DNA of 33,012 bases from the NCBI GenBank assembly GCA_964411855.1, contig CAYPLZ010000001.1, forward strand, positions 1-33,012, read 5' to 3'. Positions within the stretch are counted from its first letter, which is position 1. The number at the start of each line of letters is the position of its first letter. Under the pieces are notes generated by a model. The model was not told the origin of the DNA. It saw nothing but the letters and a program-made list of their open reading frames with translations, and ran no database searches. Positions 10,404-19,472 of this stretch are shown one piece after another. The translations under genes and the position numbers were made by a program. Source of the DNA: an uncultured Candidatus Saccharibacteria bacterium. GTDB lineage: Bacteria; Patescibacteriota; Minisyncoccia; Minisyncoccales; CAYPLZ01.

Positions 10404-11080
10404 TCATCAACAAAAGGTGAAACTGCTTTTTTGATTTTCCCCATCTCTTCTGGGGTAAAACCTTCAATCTCTTCAAAGTCAGAGTCCAATGTTTTTTGTC
10501 CTTTAAATTTTTGTAAATAATACTTTCCTTCCCCTATCCATTTCCCTATTTTTACAATATCTTCTTTATTAAGCAGAGTCGGCACCACAGTAGTTCTAAA
10601 TTCATGTCCTACATTACTTTCTTTAATTAGGTTAATACTTTCTTCAATTTTTTCTGGATCTACATCAACTCCTGTTACTTTACTATACTTTTCTTTTGGA
10701 GCCTTAACATCCATTGCAATGTAATCCAATAAATCATCTTCAATTAATTTTTTAATCATTTCTGGATTTGATCCATTTGTATCTAGTTTTACCTTGTAAT
10801 CCTTTTCTTTTATTTTTTTAATAAATTCTTTTAATTCTGAATGAATAGTAGGTTCACCACCACAGACTACAACTCCTTTTAATAACCCTTTTCTTTTTTC
10901 TAAAAAATCAAAAAACTCTTTTTCTTCTATTTCAGGTTGCTTTTCAATTTTTTCTGGAATAACTAGTTCGCTACTATAGCAAAAGGGGCATCTAAAATTA
11001 CATCCTGCTAAAAAGACAGTGCATGCTAATTCATCTGGATAATCAATAAGGGTTGATTTCTCCAAACCTTTAATTTCCAT
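10385..11080 (-). CDS. nrdG: Anaerobic ribonucleoside-triphosphate reductase activating protein (radical SAM)
   Basis: 231 aa. CNFRCPFC (CX3CX2C) radical-SAM cluster motif and the GGEPT SAM-binding motif. Lies immediately downstream of nrdD. Confidence 0.85.
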   Translation of the reverse strand: MEIKGLEKSTLIDYPDELACTVFLAGCNFRCPFCYSSELVIPEKIEKQPEIEEKEFFDFLEKRKGLLKGVVVCGGEPTIHSELKEFIKKIKEKDYKVKLDTNGSNPEMIKKLIEDDLLDYIAMDVKAPKEKYSKVTGVDVDPEKIEESINLIKESNVGHEFRTTVVPTLLNKEDIVKIGKWIGEGKYYLQKFKGQKTLDSDFEEIEGFTPEEMGKIKKAVSPFVDECQIRG

Positions 11081-11091
11081 AATTATTTATT

Positions 11092-13230
11092 TTAGTCGTT
11101 GATTAGCTTAGCTTTTTGTTCTTCTTTTTTCTCTTCTTTTTCGCCCTCTACATCAAAAGTTTCTCTTTCTTTAAATTCTTGTTGTTTTCCATCGTTCCAT
11201 TGTTGAACTGGCCTAAGATATCCAACAATTCTAGAATAAACCTCACAAGGTTGTTTTACTACACATTTTGGACAATCAAAGTGTTCCCCTGGGATATAGC
11301 CGTGTTGAGGACAAATTGAAAAAGTAGGAGTTAGAGTAATATAAGGTAAGCTGTAATTTTCAAAAGCAGTCTTAATTAATTTCTTAGCATTTTCAATGTT
11401 ACTTATCTTTTCCCCTAAAAAGAGGTGGTCTACTGTACCACCTGTGTATTTACATTGAAGATCATTTTGTAGATCCAGCTCTTCAAAGATATCATTTGTG
11501 TATCCTACAGGAAGCTGGGTGCTATTTGTGTAATAAGGAGTTCCTTCTTTTCCTGCTGTAATAATATCTGGAAATTCTTTTTTATCTTTTAGGGCTAATC
11601 TATAACTTGTCCCTTCTCCTGGTGTAGCTTCTAGATTATAAAGATTATCAGTTTCTTCCTGATAATCTCTTAATTTCTTTCTCATAAATTCCATAATCTC
11701 TAGGGCTAAATCTTGTCCTTTATCTGATCCAATATTTTTACCAATAAAATTCAAAAGACACTCATTCATTCCGATTAACCCAATAGTTGAAAAGTGATTT
11801 GCATAATACTCTCCTCGCATCTTTTTAATTTCAGCAAGATAAAACTTTGAGTAAGGATATAAGCCTTTTTCAATAAAGTTTTCAATAACTTTTCTTTTAA
11901 TTTCAAGACTTTCTTTGGCTAAATCCATTGCCTCTCCAATTTTTTCTTTTAACTCTTCTTTAGTCTCGGAAAGATAACCCATTCTTGGAAGATTAATTGT
12001 CACAACACCAATAGATCCTGTTAATGGATTAGACCCAAACAATCCTCCCCCTCTCTTATGTAGTTCTTTGTTGTCGAGTCTTAATCTGCAGCACATAGAA
12101 CGAACATCATCTGGGCTCATATCAGAACTAACAAAATTACTAAAGTAAGGTAATCCATATTTTGCTGTAGCTTCCCACATTGGGTCTAGAGTTGGATTAG
12201 ACCAATCAGAATCATCTGTAATATTTATCGTTGGAATTGGGAAAGTAAATGGTCTTCCTTTAGCATCTCCTTCTATCATGCATTCAAAGAAGGCTTTGTT
12301 AATCATATTCATCTCTTCCTGAAAATCACCATAAGTTTCATCTTGAGCCTTTCCTCCAATAATTACTGGCTGATCAGCCAAATCTTTTGGTGGGTTAATA
12401 TCTAAAGTTACATTTGTAAATGGGCTTTGAAAGCCAACTCTTGTTGGAATAGCACAATTGAAAATAAAAGACTGCATATTCTGCTTAACTTCCCTGTAAC
12501 TTAAATTATCATATCTAATAAATGGAGCTAAGAGGGTATCAAAAGAAGAAACGGCTTGTGCTCCTGCACTTTCTCCTTGAAGTGTATACAAAAAATTAAC
12601 TAATTGCCCTAGTGCTGCACCAAAATGTTTTGGTGGCTTTGATTCCACTTTTCCTGGAACTCCCCGAAATCCTTTTTGAAGTAAACTATACAAATCCCAA
12701 CCGCAACAATAAGTTGCTAAGGTATCAAGGTCATGAATATGAAACTTCCCTTCTCTTACTGCATCTCTAATTTCTTGAGGATAGATCCTATTTAACCAAT
12801 ATTCTTTTGTAACAGCTGAAACAACATAATGGTTTAGCCCCTGCATTGAATATGACATATTCGCATTCTCCCTTACCTGCCAATCCAATTCCTTAATATA
12901 GTCATCCACCATCTCTATTGTTTCATCAATTCCTTGAGCAGTTTCTCTAGTCTTTCTTCTTTGTTCTCTATAAAGAATGTAAGCTTTAGCAGTTTCAAAT
13001 AAATCCTCTGCTACTAAAACTTTTTCGATAATATCTTGAATATTTTCGACGTGAGGAGTTTCTCCGTCGTATTCTTCATTTAAAATTTCGACAACTTTAT
13101 CTGAAATCTCTTTTGCTTTTTCACCATCTCCTTGACCAGTTGCAGTAATAGCTTGGTGAATAGCTTTAGAAATTTTCTTCTGATTAAAATCGACAATTTG
13201 ACCGCTTCTTTTTTCTACTTTTTCTACCAT
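11092..13230 (-). CDS. nrdD: Class III (anaerobic) ribonucleoside-triphosphate reductase
   Basis: 712 aa. N-terminal ATP-cone (VEKRSGQIVDFNQKKISKAI). C-terminal Zn site (CPQHGY...CPKC) followed by the glycyl-radical motif SRIVGYL. Confidence 0.92.
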   Translation of the reverse strand: MVEKVEKRSGQIVDFNQKKISKAIHQAITATGQGDGEKAKEISDKVVEILNEEYDGETPHVENIQDIIEKVLVAEDLFETAKAYILYREQRRKTRETAQGIDETIEMVDDYIKELDWQVRENANMSYSMQGLNHYVVSAVTKEYWLNRIYPQEIRDAVREGKFHIHDLDTLATYCCGWDLYSLLQKGFRGVPGKVESKPPKHFGAALGQLVNFLYTLQGESAGAQAVSSFDTLLAPFIRYDNLSYREVKQNMQSFIFNCAIPTRVGFQSPFTNVTLDINPPKDLADQPVIIGGKAQDETYGDFQEEMNMINKAFFECMIEGDAKGRPFTFPIPTINITDDSDWSNPTLDPMWEATAKYGLPYFSNFVSSDMSPDDVRSMCCRLRLDNKELHKRGGGLFGSNPLTGSIGVVTINLPRMGYLSETKEELKEKIGEAMDLAKESLEIKRKVIENFIEKGLYPYSKFYLAEIKKMRGEYYANHFSTIGLIGMNECLLNFIGKNIGSDKGQDLALEIMEFMRKKLRDYQEETDNLYNLEATPGEGTSYRLALKDKKEFPDIITAGKEGTPYYTNSTQLPVGYTNDIFEELDLQNDLQCKYTGGTVDHLFLGEKISNIENAKKLIKTAFENYSLPYITLTPTFSICPQHGYIPGEHFDCPKCVVKQPCEVYSRIVGYLRPVQQWNDGKQQEFKERETFDVEGEKEEKKEEQKAKLIND

Positions 13231-13288
13231 GGGGCATTTAGTTTTTAAAGGGAGTTATTTTTCAACCTTCGCGTTAATTTCTTTCTCT

Positions 13289-13297
13289 AGTATAGCA
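13289..13297 (-). promoter_or_regulatory. Candidate extended -10 promoter (TGCTATACT) for the nrdD-nrdG-comEC array
   Basis: The minus strand reads TGcTATACT. It lies just downstream of the ftsZ terminator and about 58 nt upstream of the nrdD ATG. No clear -35. Confidence 0.4.
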
Positions 13298-13313
13298 CAT
13301 TATTTTAGAAAAT

Positions 13314-13337
13314 AAAAAAACCGACCTTAGAGGTCGG
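13314..13337 (-). terminator. Intrinsic terminator after ftsZ
   Basis: 7-bp GC-rich stem ccgacct/aggtcgg (13321-13337) with a 3-nt loop. On the minus-strand transcript it is followed by U7 (A-run 13314-13320 on the plus strand). Confidence 0.75.
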
Positions 13338-13365
13338 TAATAGTGATTTTAAATTCAAAAAGAAA

Positions 13366-14295
13366 CTAGAATCCAGTGGCAATAATGGTGACTTTTATCT
13401 CTCCTTTCTTCAAATCTTCGTCCTGAACAGCCCCAAATATGATATCTGACTGTGGATCAACTTCTTCCTTTACTACTTCTGCTACTTCCTCAATTTCAGA
13501 AAGACTAATATCTAATCCTCCGGAAACATTAAACAAGATTCCTTCTGCTTTTTTAGGTGCAATATCAAGTAAAGGAGAATCGAGTGCTTTTCGAGCTGCA
13601 TCTTTTGCTCTTCTTTGGCCACTGGCCCTCCCTATTCCAAAAAGAGCAGTTCCAGAATCTCCAATAATTCTTTCAACATCTGCAAAGTCTACATTAATAA
13701 TTCCTGGTAATAGAATTAAATCAGAAATTCCTTGCACTGCCTGCCTTAAAACGTCATCGCATTCTTTAAATGCTTTTACAACTGAAATTCGAGACCCAAG
13801 ATGCTTTAAAAGTTTATCATTTGAGATAGTAATTAAACTATCAACATTTTTTCTCAGTTTTTTAATTCCTTTTTCTGCTATCTTCTTTCTAGCTTCTCCT
13901 TCAAAAGAAAATGGTTTAGTTACAACTGCCATTGTAAGAGCTCCACTTTCTTTAGCTAAATTAGCTACAACTGGACCAGCTCCTGTTCCAGTTCCTCCAC
14001 CAGCACCATAAGTAATAAATACTAAATCAGTATCTCTTAAAAGTTTTTTGATTTCGTCTTCACTTTCTTTGGCAGATTTTCTCCCAATTTTAGGATTCAT
14101 TCCGGTTCCAAGACCTCGGGTAGTCTCATTACCAAATCTTACTTTTTTGTCAGCTTTTGTCTTTTTGAGGTCTTGGGCATCAGTATTTAAAGCAATAAGT
14201 TCCACTCCTTTAATTCCTTGTTTTTTCATTCTTGTAATAGCATTTCCTCCTGATCCTCCTATTCCAATAACTTTTATATTTGTATTAGTATTCAT
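13366..14295 (-). CDS. ftsZ: Cell division GTPase FtsZ (core domain only)
   Basis: 309 aa. GIGGSGGNA and the tubulin signature GGGTGTGAGPVVA. The protein ends at ...VTIIATGF, which is the end of the globular core. Confidence 0.92.
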   Translation of the reverse strand: MNTNTNIKVIGIGGSGGNAITRMKKQGIKGVELIALNTDAQDLKKTKADKKVRFGNETTRGLGTGMNPKIGRKSAKESEDEIKKLLRDTDLVFITYGAGGGTGTGAGPVVANLAKESGALTMAVVTKPFSFEGEARKKIAEKGIKKLRKNVDSLITISNDKLLKHLGSRISVVKAFKECDDVLRQAVQGISDLILLPGIINVDFADVERIIGDSGTALFGIGRASGQRRAKDAARKALDSPLLDIAPKKAEGILFNVSGGLDISLSEIEEVAEVVKEEVDPQSDIIFGAVQDEDLKKGEIKVTIIATGF

Positions 14296-14316
14296 AGAAT
14301 CAAATTACTTAATTTT

Positions 14317-15522
14317 TTATGGAATAAAAATTCTAAATATATTTTTAATTTTACTTCCAATTCCTTTCATCCAGGAAGGAGAAAAACTTTTATCTTCTCT
14401 TTCATCAAAACCTCTTTGAGTTAATCCACAAGCAGTAGCCCAAGAGGTATCTTCAATAGCAGGAACAAAACCTTTAGCCTCTCCAATCTTAACTGGAAGA
14501 CCTAATTCGTCTTTTGCTAAATCTTTAATTCCAGGAAGTTTTGCTCCCCCACCAGTAATTACAACTCCAGCAGGTAAAGTTCCATCCTTTCCAATTTCTT
14601 TTAAGTCGTTTTGAACCTGTTCAAAAATCTCTTTTACTCTTGGTTCAATAATTTTAACTAAATCTCTTTTTGAAAATGTTAAATCTTTCTCTTCAATTTC
14701 AATCTTTTTCTTTGAATCTCTCCCTGCTTTACAAGTTCCATACTCTTTTTTAATTTTTTCTGCAATATCAATATCTGTTTTTAACCCTATTGCAATATCA
14801 TTTGTAATATTGGAAGAACCAATTGGGAAAGCATTTAAATGTATTAAATTACCTTCTTCAAATACAGAAATTCCTGTATTCCCGGCTCCAATATCAATTA
14901 CTATTACCCCTAGCTCTCTTTCTCTTGCACTTAAAACAGCTCTTGCACTTGCAAGAGGAGAAGCTAAGATGTCTGAAATCTGAACATCTGCATCTAATAC
15001 GCTTTGAGTTAAGTTTTCAAGATAAGGACTAAAAGCACCTAAAACTAAAACTTTAGCTTCAAGCCTTACCCCTTTTAAACCAAGGGGTTCTTTTATTCCT
15101 TCTTGCCCGTCAATAATAAATTCTTTTGGAAATGAATCAAAAACTTCCTTTAAGGAAGGAAGTGAAAAAGTCTTTGCTTCTTTTAAAACCCTATTAATAT
15201 CTTCTTGAGAAATTTTTCTATCTGCTCTTGAAACAGAAATTAATCCTTGGGAAGAAGTTGAAAAAAGATGACTTCCTCCTAAATTCACATAAACTGAATT
15301 AATATCTCTTCCAATCTGTTGACTAGCTTTTTTAACTAGTGATTTAATAATATTAGAAACTTTTTGAGGCTTAACTACAACTCCTTTTCGCATTCCTTCT
15401 GCAGGTTCACTATTTTGAACCAAAACTTGAGTGCTACCATCGGAACTCTTTTTAGTAGTAACTAAAATTTTAATAGAATCGGATCCGATATCAATGCCTG
15501 TTGAGATAAAAGATTTTGCCAT
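14317..15522 (-). CDS. ftsA: Cell division protein FtsA (actin-like ATPase)
   Basis: 401 aa. Phosphate-binding motifs IDIGSDSIKI, VIDIGAGNTGISVF and VITGGGAKLPG. C-terminal amphipathic segment GIGSKIKNIFRIFIP. Lies immediately upstream of ftsZ. Confidence 0.9.
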   Translation of the reverse strand: MAKSFISTGIDIGSDSIKILVTTKKSSDGSTQVLVQNSEPAEGMRKGVVVKPQKVSNIIKSLVKKASQQIGRDINSVYVNLGGSHLFSTSSQGLISVSRADRKISQEDINRVLKEAKTFSLPSLKEVFDSFPKEFIIDGQEGIKEPLGLKGVRLEAKVLVLGAFSPYLENLTQSVLDADVQISDILASPLASARAVLSARERELGVIVIDIGAGNTGISVFEEGNLIHLNAFPIGSSNITNDIAIGLKTDIDIAEKIKKEYGTCKAGRDSKKKIEIEEKDLTFSKRDLVKIIEPRVKEIFEQVQNDLKEIGKDGTLPAGVVITGGGAKLPGIKDLAKDELGLPVKIGEAKGFVPAIEDTSWATACGLTQRGFDEREDKSFSPSWMKGIGSKIKNIFRIFIP

Positions 15523-15527
15523 TTTTA

Positions 15528-15917
15528 TTAATTAAAAAACTTATTTAAATATTTTTCTTGAGTTTCGTACATTTTTTCCGCCTCTTTTTCATCTTTTTTA
15601 TGCTCATAACCTAAGATATGTAAAATTCCGTGAATAAGGCGAAAAGAAACTTCTTTCATCAATTTTTCTTTTTTAAGTACTTCAGGACAAATTATAATTT
15701 CAGCAAAATCGTCTTCAAGGTCTCCAAAGGATAAAACATCAGTAACTTCATCCTTTTTTCTGTATTTTTTATTTGCTTCTTTTATTTTATCAGATTTTAC
15801 AAAAGCTATCGAGAGATTAAGTTCTTTTTGGTTTTCTTCTCTTAAAACTTTCTCTGTTATTTCTTTTATCTTTTTTTCTTCTATATCAAAATCAGTTAAA
15901 TTATTTACCTCTATCAT
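15528..15917 (-). CDS. ybeY: rRNA maturation endoribonuclease YbeY
   Basis: 129 aa. DVLSF and the metal-binding motif HGILHILGYEH. Confidence 0.88.
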   Translation of the reverse strand: MIEVNNLTDFDIEEKKIKEITEKVLREENQKELNLSIAFVKSDKIKEANKKYRKKDEVTDVLSFGDLEDDFAEIIICPEVLKKEKLMKEVSFRLIHGILHILGYEHKKDEKEAEKMYETQEKYLNKFFN

Positions 15918-15918
15918 T

Positions 15919-16362
15919 CTATTGTAATTTCTCTCTTACAATCTTATTCACCATATTCCCATCTGCTTTTCCTTTTACTTTTGGCATAATTTCTTTCATT
16001 ACTTCTCCCATATCACTCATATCACTTGCCCCCACTTCTTCTATAACCTCTTCAACTAGTTCTTCTACCTCATCTTCTTCTAATTGTTCTGGAAGATATT
16101 TTTCTAAAACCTTAATTTGTTTTTCTTCCTCTTCTACTGTCTCTTCTCTGCCTGCTTTTTTAAATTCTTCTACTCCTTCTTTTCTCTTTTTTAATTCTTT
16201 TGAGATAATTTGAATAATATCTTCATCAGTTAAATCTTCTTTCTTTTCAATCTCTTCATTTTTAATTTCAGAGTTAACCATTCTCAAAACAGAAACCTTG
16301 CCTTTTTCTTTTGCTTTTAAGGCCTTTTTTAGATCGTTTTGAATTTGTTCTTTTAAATCCAT
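15919..16362 (-). CDS. yqeY: GatB/YqeY domain-containing protein
   Basis: 147 aa. Typical YqeY N-terminus (IQNDLKKALKAKEKGKVSVLRMVNSEIKNEEI) and C-terminus (MGEVMKEIMPKVKGKADGNMVNKIVREKL). Shows the usual rpsU-yqeY pairing. Confidence 0.85.
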   Translation of the reverse strand: MDLKEQIQNDLKKALKAKEKGKVSVLRMVNSEIKNEEIEKKEDLTDEDIIQIISKELKKRKEGVEEFKKAGREETVEEEEKQIKVLEKYLPEQLEEDEVEELVEEVIEEVGASDMSDMGEVMKEIMPKVKGKADGNMVNKIVREKLQ

Positions 16363-16374
16363 AAATATTTAAGT

Positions 16375-16590
16375 TTAGAGCTCACCTAATTTTCGAAGTC
16401 TTCTATATTTTTCCCTTTTTTTCTTTTTTCGAAGAGCTTCTCTTTTTTTCATTTGATCGCTCAATTCCCTTTGATGGTATTGATTCTTGCGAGCTTTCCT
16501 AAGAATATTACTCCTTTTAATTTGAGAGGAGAATCTTCTTATTAGGTTTTTAGAGCTCTCGTTTCCTTTTTTTGTTACTTCTATTTTCAT
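16375..16590 (-). CDS. rpsU: 30S ribosomal protein S21
   Basis: 71 aa and highly basic. The pattern ...NESSKNLIRRFSSQIKRSNILRKARKNQYHQ... matches the S21 consensus layout. Adjacent to yqeY. Confidence 0.8.
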   Translation of the reverse strand: MKIEVTKKGNESSKNLIRRFSSQIKRSNILRKARKNQYHQRELSDQMKKREALRKKKKREKYRRLRKLGEL

Positions 16591-16596
16591 AATTTT

Positions 16597-16932
16597 TTAA
16601 AATCCTAAATTTTTACCACTTATTAAATGTAGATGAAGATGCTCTACTTCTTGTCCTGCTTTTTTACCAGTATTAACAATTAATCTGTATCCCTGCTCTT
16701 TAACTCCCTTTTTCTCCGCAACTTTTTGAGCAGCAAGAAACAAATTTCCCATTAATTCCTTATCTTCTTCTTTTACATCATTTACAGAAGATACATGCTT
16801 TTTAGGAACAATCAGAACATGGACTGGAGCTTTTGGATTAATATCTTCAAAAGCTATAAAATCATCTCCTTCTGCTACTATATCTGCATCTTGTTCCTTA
16901 TTTGCAATTTTACAGAATAAGCAGTCCTTCAT
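16597..16932 (-). CDS. HIT-family (histidine triad) nucleotide hydrolase/transferase
   Basis: 111 aa. CLFCKI N-terminus and histidine triad HLHLHLISG. Confidence 0.88.
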   Translation of the reverse strand: MKDCLFCKIANKEQDADIVAEGDDFIAFEDINPKAPVHVLIVPKKHVSSVNDVKEEDKELMGNLFLAAQKVAEKKGVKEQGYRLIVNTGKKAGQEVEHLHLHLISGKNLGF

Positions 16933-16933
16933 C

Positions 16934-18217
16934 TTACTTTAAATTTTTCTTAATTTCATCGACTACTTTGCTTAATTTGACCTTCTTTTGCTTTCCGCTT
17001 TTCATATTACGGATAATAATCTCGTCTTCTACTACTTCCTTTTTACCTAAAATTAGAGTATAGTCAACCTCCATCTTGTCTGCAATGTTCAATTGTGGTC
17101 TTAAAGAATTCCTTCCTAGAGATTCTGCTACCTTAATTCCTTCCTGTCTAAACTCTTCAAGGAGCTTAAATGTTTCTCTTTTTGCTGTTTCTCCAATTTG
17201 AGCTAAAAATACCTTTGGCTCTTCAGCTTCTTCAAAAGTTAATCTTTCATCAACTAATTTTTCTACTATTCTTTCTACGCCTCCTGCCATTCCTGCAGCT
17301 GGTGTATCTTTTCCTCCAAATATTTCAACTAATTTATCATATCTTCCTCCTCCACCTAAGGCATTTTGCCCTTCTTCTTCATCTTCGTCCTCTACAAATG
17401 CTTCAAAAACAGTCCTTGTGTAGTAATCTAATCCTCGAACTAGATAAGAATCAAGCTCATAAGGAATGTCTGTTGTATCTAAAAATTCAAGCATTGTTTT
17501 AAAGTGATCGTGACAATCATCACAAAGGTTATCTATAATTTGAGGGGCATCTTCTTTTACTTTATTACACTTCTTATTCTTACAATCTAATATTCTAAGA
17601 ACATTCTTCTTTAATCTCTTCTGACAATCTTTACAAAGATTCTTCTTATTATCTTTAAAATATTTTTTAAGCTCTTCAAGATATTCAGGTCTACATTCTT
17701 CATCTCCTATTGAATTAACTTTTATAGAAATATCTTCTAGTTTTAATTCTCGAAGGATATTATAGAAGATCTGAATTAATTCAGCATCAACTGCTGCATC
17801 ATCTTGTCCAATAATCTCAAAACCAAATTGCCAAAATTGTCTGTATCTTCCAGCTTGAGGTTTTTCGTATCTAAAAAATGGACCGAAATACCATAACTTA
17901 ACTGGTGTTTGCCAGTTTGACATTCCATTTTCGATATAGGACCTTACTATTCCTGGAGTTCCTTCTGGTCTTAAAGCTAGTTTTTCTCCTCCTTTAGTTT
18001 CTAATTCAAACATCTCTTTTTGAACAATATCTGTCTCTTTACCTGTTCCTTTCTCGTATACTCCTCTATCTTCTAAGATAGGAGTATATATCTCTTGAAA
18101 TCCATAGTAATCTGCTATCTTTTTACAAACTTGATAAACCTTCCTGTAATATTTTTGTTTTTTAGGAAGGATATCGTGAATTCCTTTTGGAGTTTGAAAT
18201 TTTCCTTTATTACTCAT
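16934..18217 (-). CDS. hisS: Histidine--tRNA ligase
   Basis: 427 aa. Class II motifs (LRPEGT, FRYEKPQAGRYRQF, GGGGRYD), the Cys-containing insertion common in HisRS, and a C-terminal anticodon-binding domain. Confidence 0.92.
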   Translation of the reverse strand: MSNKGKFQTPKGIHDILPKKQKYYRKVYQVCKKIADYYGFQEIYTPILEDRGVYEKGTGKETDIVQKEMFELETKGGEKLALRPEGTPGIVRSYIENGMSNWQTPVKLWYFGPFFRYEKPQAGRYRQFWQFGFEIIGQDDAAVDAELIQIFYNILRELKLEDISIKVNSIGDEECRPEYLEELKKYFKDNKKNLCKDCQKRLKKNVLRILDCKNKKCNKVKEDAPQIIDNLCDDCHDHFKTMLEFLDTTDIPYELDSYLVRGLDYYTRTVFEAFVEDEDEEEGQNALGGGGRYDKLVEIFGGKDTPAAGMAGGVERIVEKLVDERLTFEEAEEPKVFLAQIGETAKRETFKLLEEFRQEGIKVAESLGRNSLRPQLNIADKMEVDYTLILGKKEVVEDEIIIRNMKSGKQKKVKLSKVVDEIKKNLK

Positions 18218-18238
18218 AATTATAATTTTAAAATTTAT

Positions 18239-18796
18239 TTATTTTCCAGGATATTTTGGCTTAGAAAAGGTTCCAAAACCTTCAATTGGCCAAGCTCTTA
18301 AAAAGACTTTACCAATTATCTGTTCTTCTTTTAAAGCTCCCCAGCCTCTAGAGTCATAAGAGCCATCTCTATTATCTCCTAAAACAAAATATTCATTCTC
18401 ATCTAATCTCATCTCTACTTTACCAGGCGTACTAGCATTTGGAAGATAAGTATCTTCATCTAAAACATATTCATGTTCTTTTCCATTTGTACTAATCTTT
18501 ACTTTTCCATTCTCAACAACAACTTTTTCTCCTGGTAATCCAACTAGTCTCTTAATAAACTTCTTAGAAGGATTATTAGGATATCTAAATACTAGAACTT
18601 CTCCTCTTTTTGGTTCTCTAAAACGATAAGTAATTTCATCTACAAGTAAATAGTCACCATTTTGAAATGTTGGTTCCATGCTAGCTCCATTTACAAGAAA
18701 TGGTTGAAATAAAAAATAGCGAATAGGAATGACTATCGCTAATGCTATTGCCGTAATTTTAATTAATTCCCATAGAAATAATGCAAATTCTTTCAT
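18239..18796 (-). CDS. lepB: Signal peptidase I
   Basis: 185 aa. N-terminal TM helix. GASMEPT (catalytic Ser), KRLVGLPG (Lys) and GDNRDGSYDSR boxes. Confidence 0.9.
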   Translation of the reverse strand: MKEFALFLWELIKITAIALAIVIPIRYFLFQPFLVNGASMEPTFQNGDYLLVDEITYRFREPKRGEVLVFRYPNNPSKKFIKRLVGLPGEKVVVENGKVKISTNGKEHEYVLDEDTYLPNASTPGKVEMRLDENEYFVLGDNRDGSYDSRGWGALKEEQIIGKVFLRAWPIEGFGTFSKPKYPGK

Positions 18797-18856
18797 ATTT
18801 TTTAGTTAAATTTTTAACTTAAATTACCTTCTAAAAAGCCGTAATTCAGTAAATTT

Positions 18857-18865
18857 ATTATAACA
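18857..18865 (-). promoter_or_regulatory. Candidate extended -10 promoter (TGTTATAAT) for the lepB-led minus-strand array
   Basis: The minus strand reads TGtTATAAT, a perfect -10 with the TG extension. It lies about 60 nt upstream of the lepB ATG in the divergent lepB/pth intergenic region. Confidence 0.5.
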
Positions 18866-18890
18866 AAGTTTTATGTATTTACAAGAAAAA

Positions 18891-18899
18891 TGTTAGAAT
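18891..18899 (+). promoter_or_regulatory. Candidate extended -10 promoter (TGTTAGAAT) for pth-topA-tRNA
   Basis: TGtTAGAAT ends 6 nt before the pth ATG (18906), and no SD lies between them. This geometry predicts a leaderless or near-leaderless transcript. Confidence 0.45.
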
Positions 18900-18905
18900 A
18901 TTTTA

Positions 18906-19472
18906 ATGATTTTAATTACCGGACTCGGCAACCCCGAGAAACAATATAATAACACTCGTCACAACATTGGTTTTAAGGCAATCGATAAGTTTGTCGACAA
19001 AACCAATTTCCCTGAATTAAAGAAAAACAAAAAATTCAAATCTTTGCTTGCAAAAGGAATATTAGCTAATAAAGAGGTGATTTGTCAAAAACCAACCACC
19101 TATATGAATAATTCTGGAAGAGCAGTAAAGAAAGTAGCAGACTATTACAATATCCCTCCCGAAAAGATTATTATTATCCATGATGATCTTGATTTACCAT
19201 TGGGAGAATTAAAAATAAACAAAGATAGAGGGCACGGAGGCCACAACGGCGTAATTTCAGTAATAGAAAAATTAGGGACTAAGAACTTTATAAGGGTAAG
19301 ACTTGGAATTGATTCTGAAAATAGAGAACCAGGCAGTGGTAAAAGATTTGTATTGCAGAAATTTAACAAAAAAGAAAAACAAGATGTAAAGGAAATTGTT
19401 GTCAAAGCAGCTCAAGCTATAGAACTTTTTCTAAATAAGGACTTAGACGCTGCAATGCAAAAATTTAATTGA
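18906..19472 (+). CDS. pth: Peptidyl-tRNA hydrolase
   Basis: 188 aa. GLGNPEKQYNNTRHNIGF signature and the later HDDLDLPLG motif. Confidence 0.92.
   Translation: MILITGLGNPEKQYNNTRHNIGFKAIDKFVDKTNFPELKKNKKFKSLLAKGILANKEVICQKPTTYMNNSGRAVKKVADYYNIPPEKIIIIHDDLDLPLGELKINKDRGHGGHNGVISVIEKLGTKNFIRVRLGIDSENREPGSGKRFVLQKFNKKEKQDVKEIVVKAAQAIELFLNKDLDAAMQKFN

Noticed and set aside
13231-13313. An NrdR-box-type operator upstream of nrdD.
   Set aside because: I found no convincing pair of palindromic boxes matching the acaCwAtATaTwGtgt-type consensus. Only the promoter-like TGCTATACT is present.
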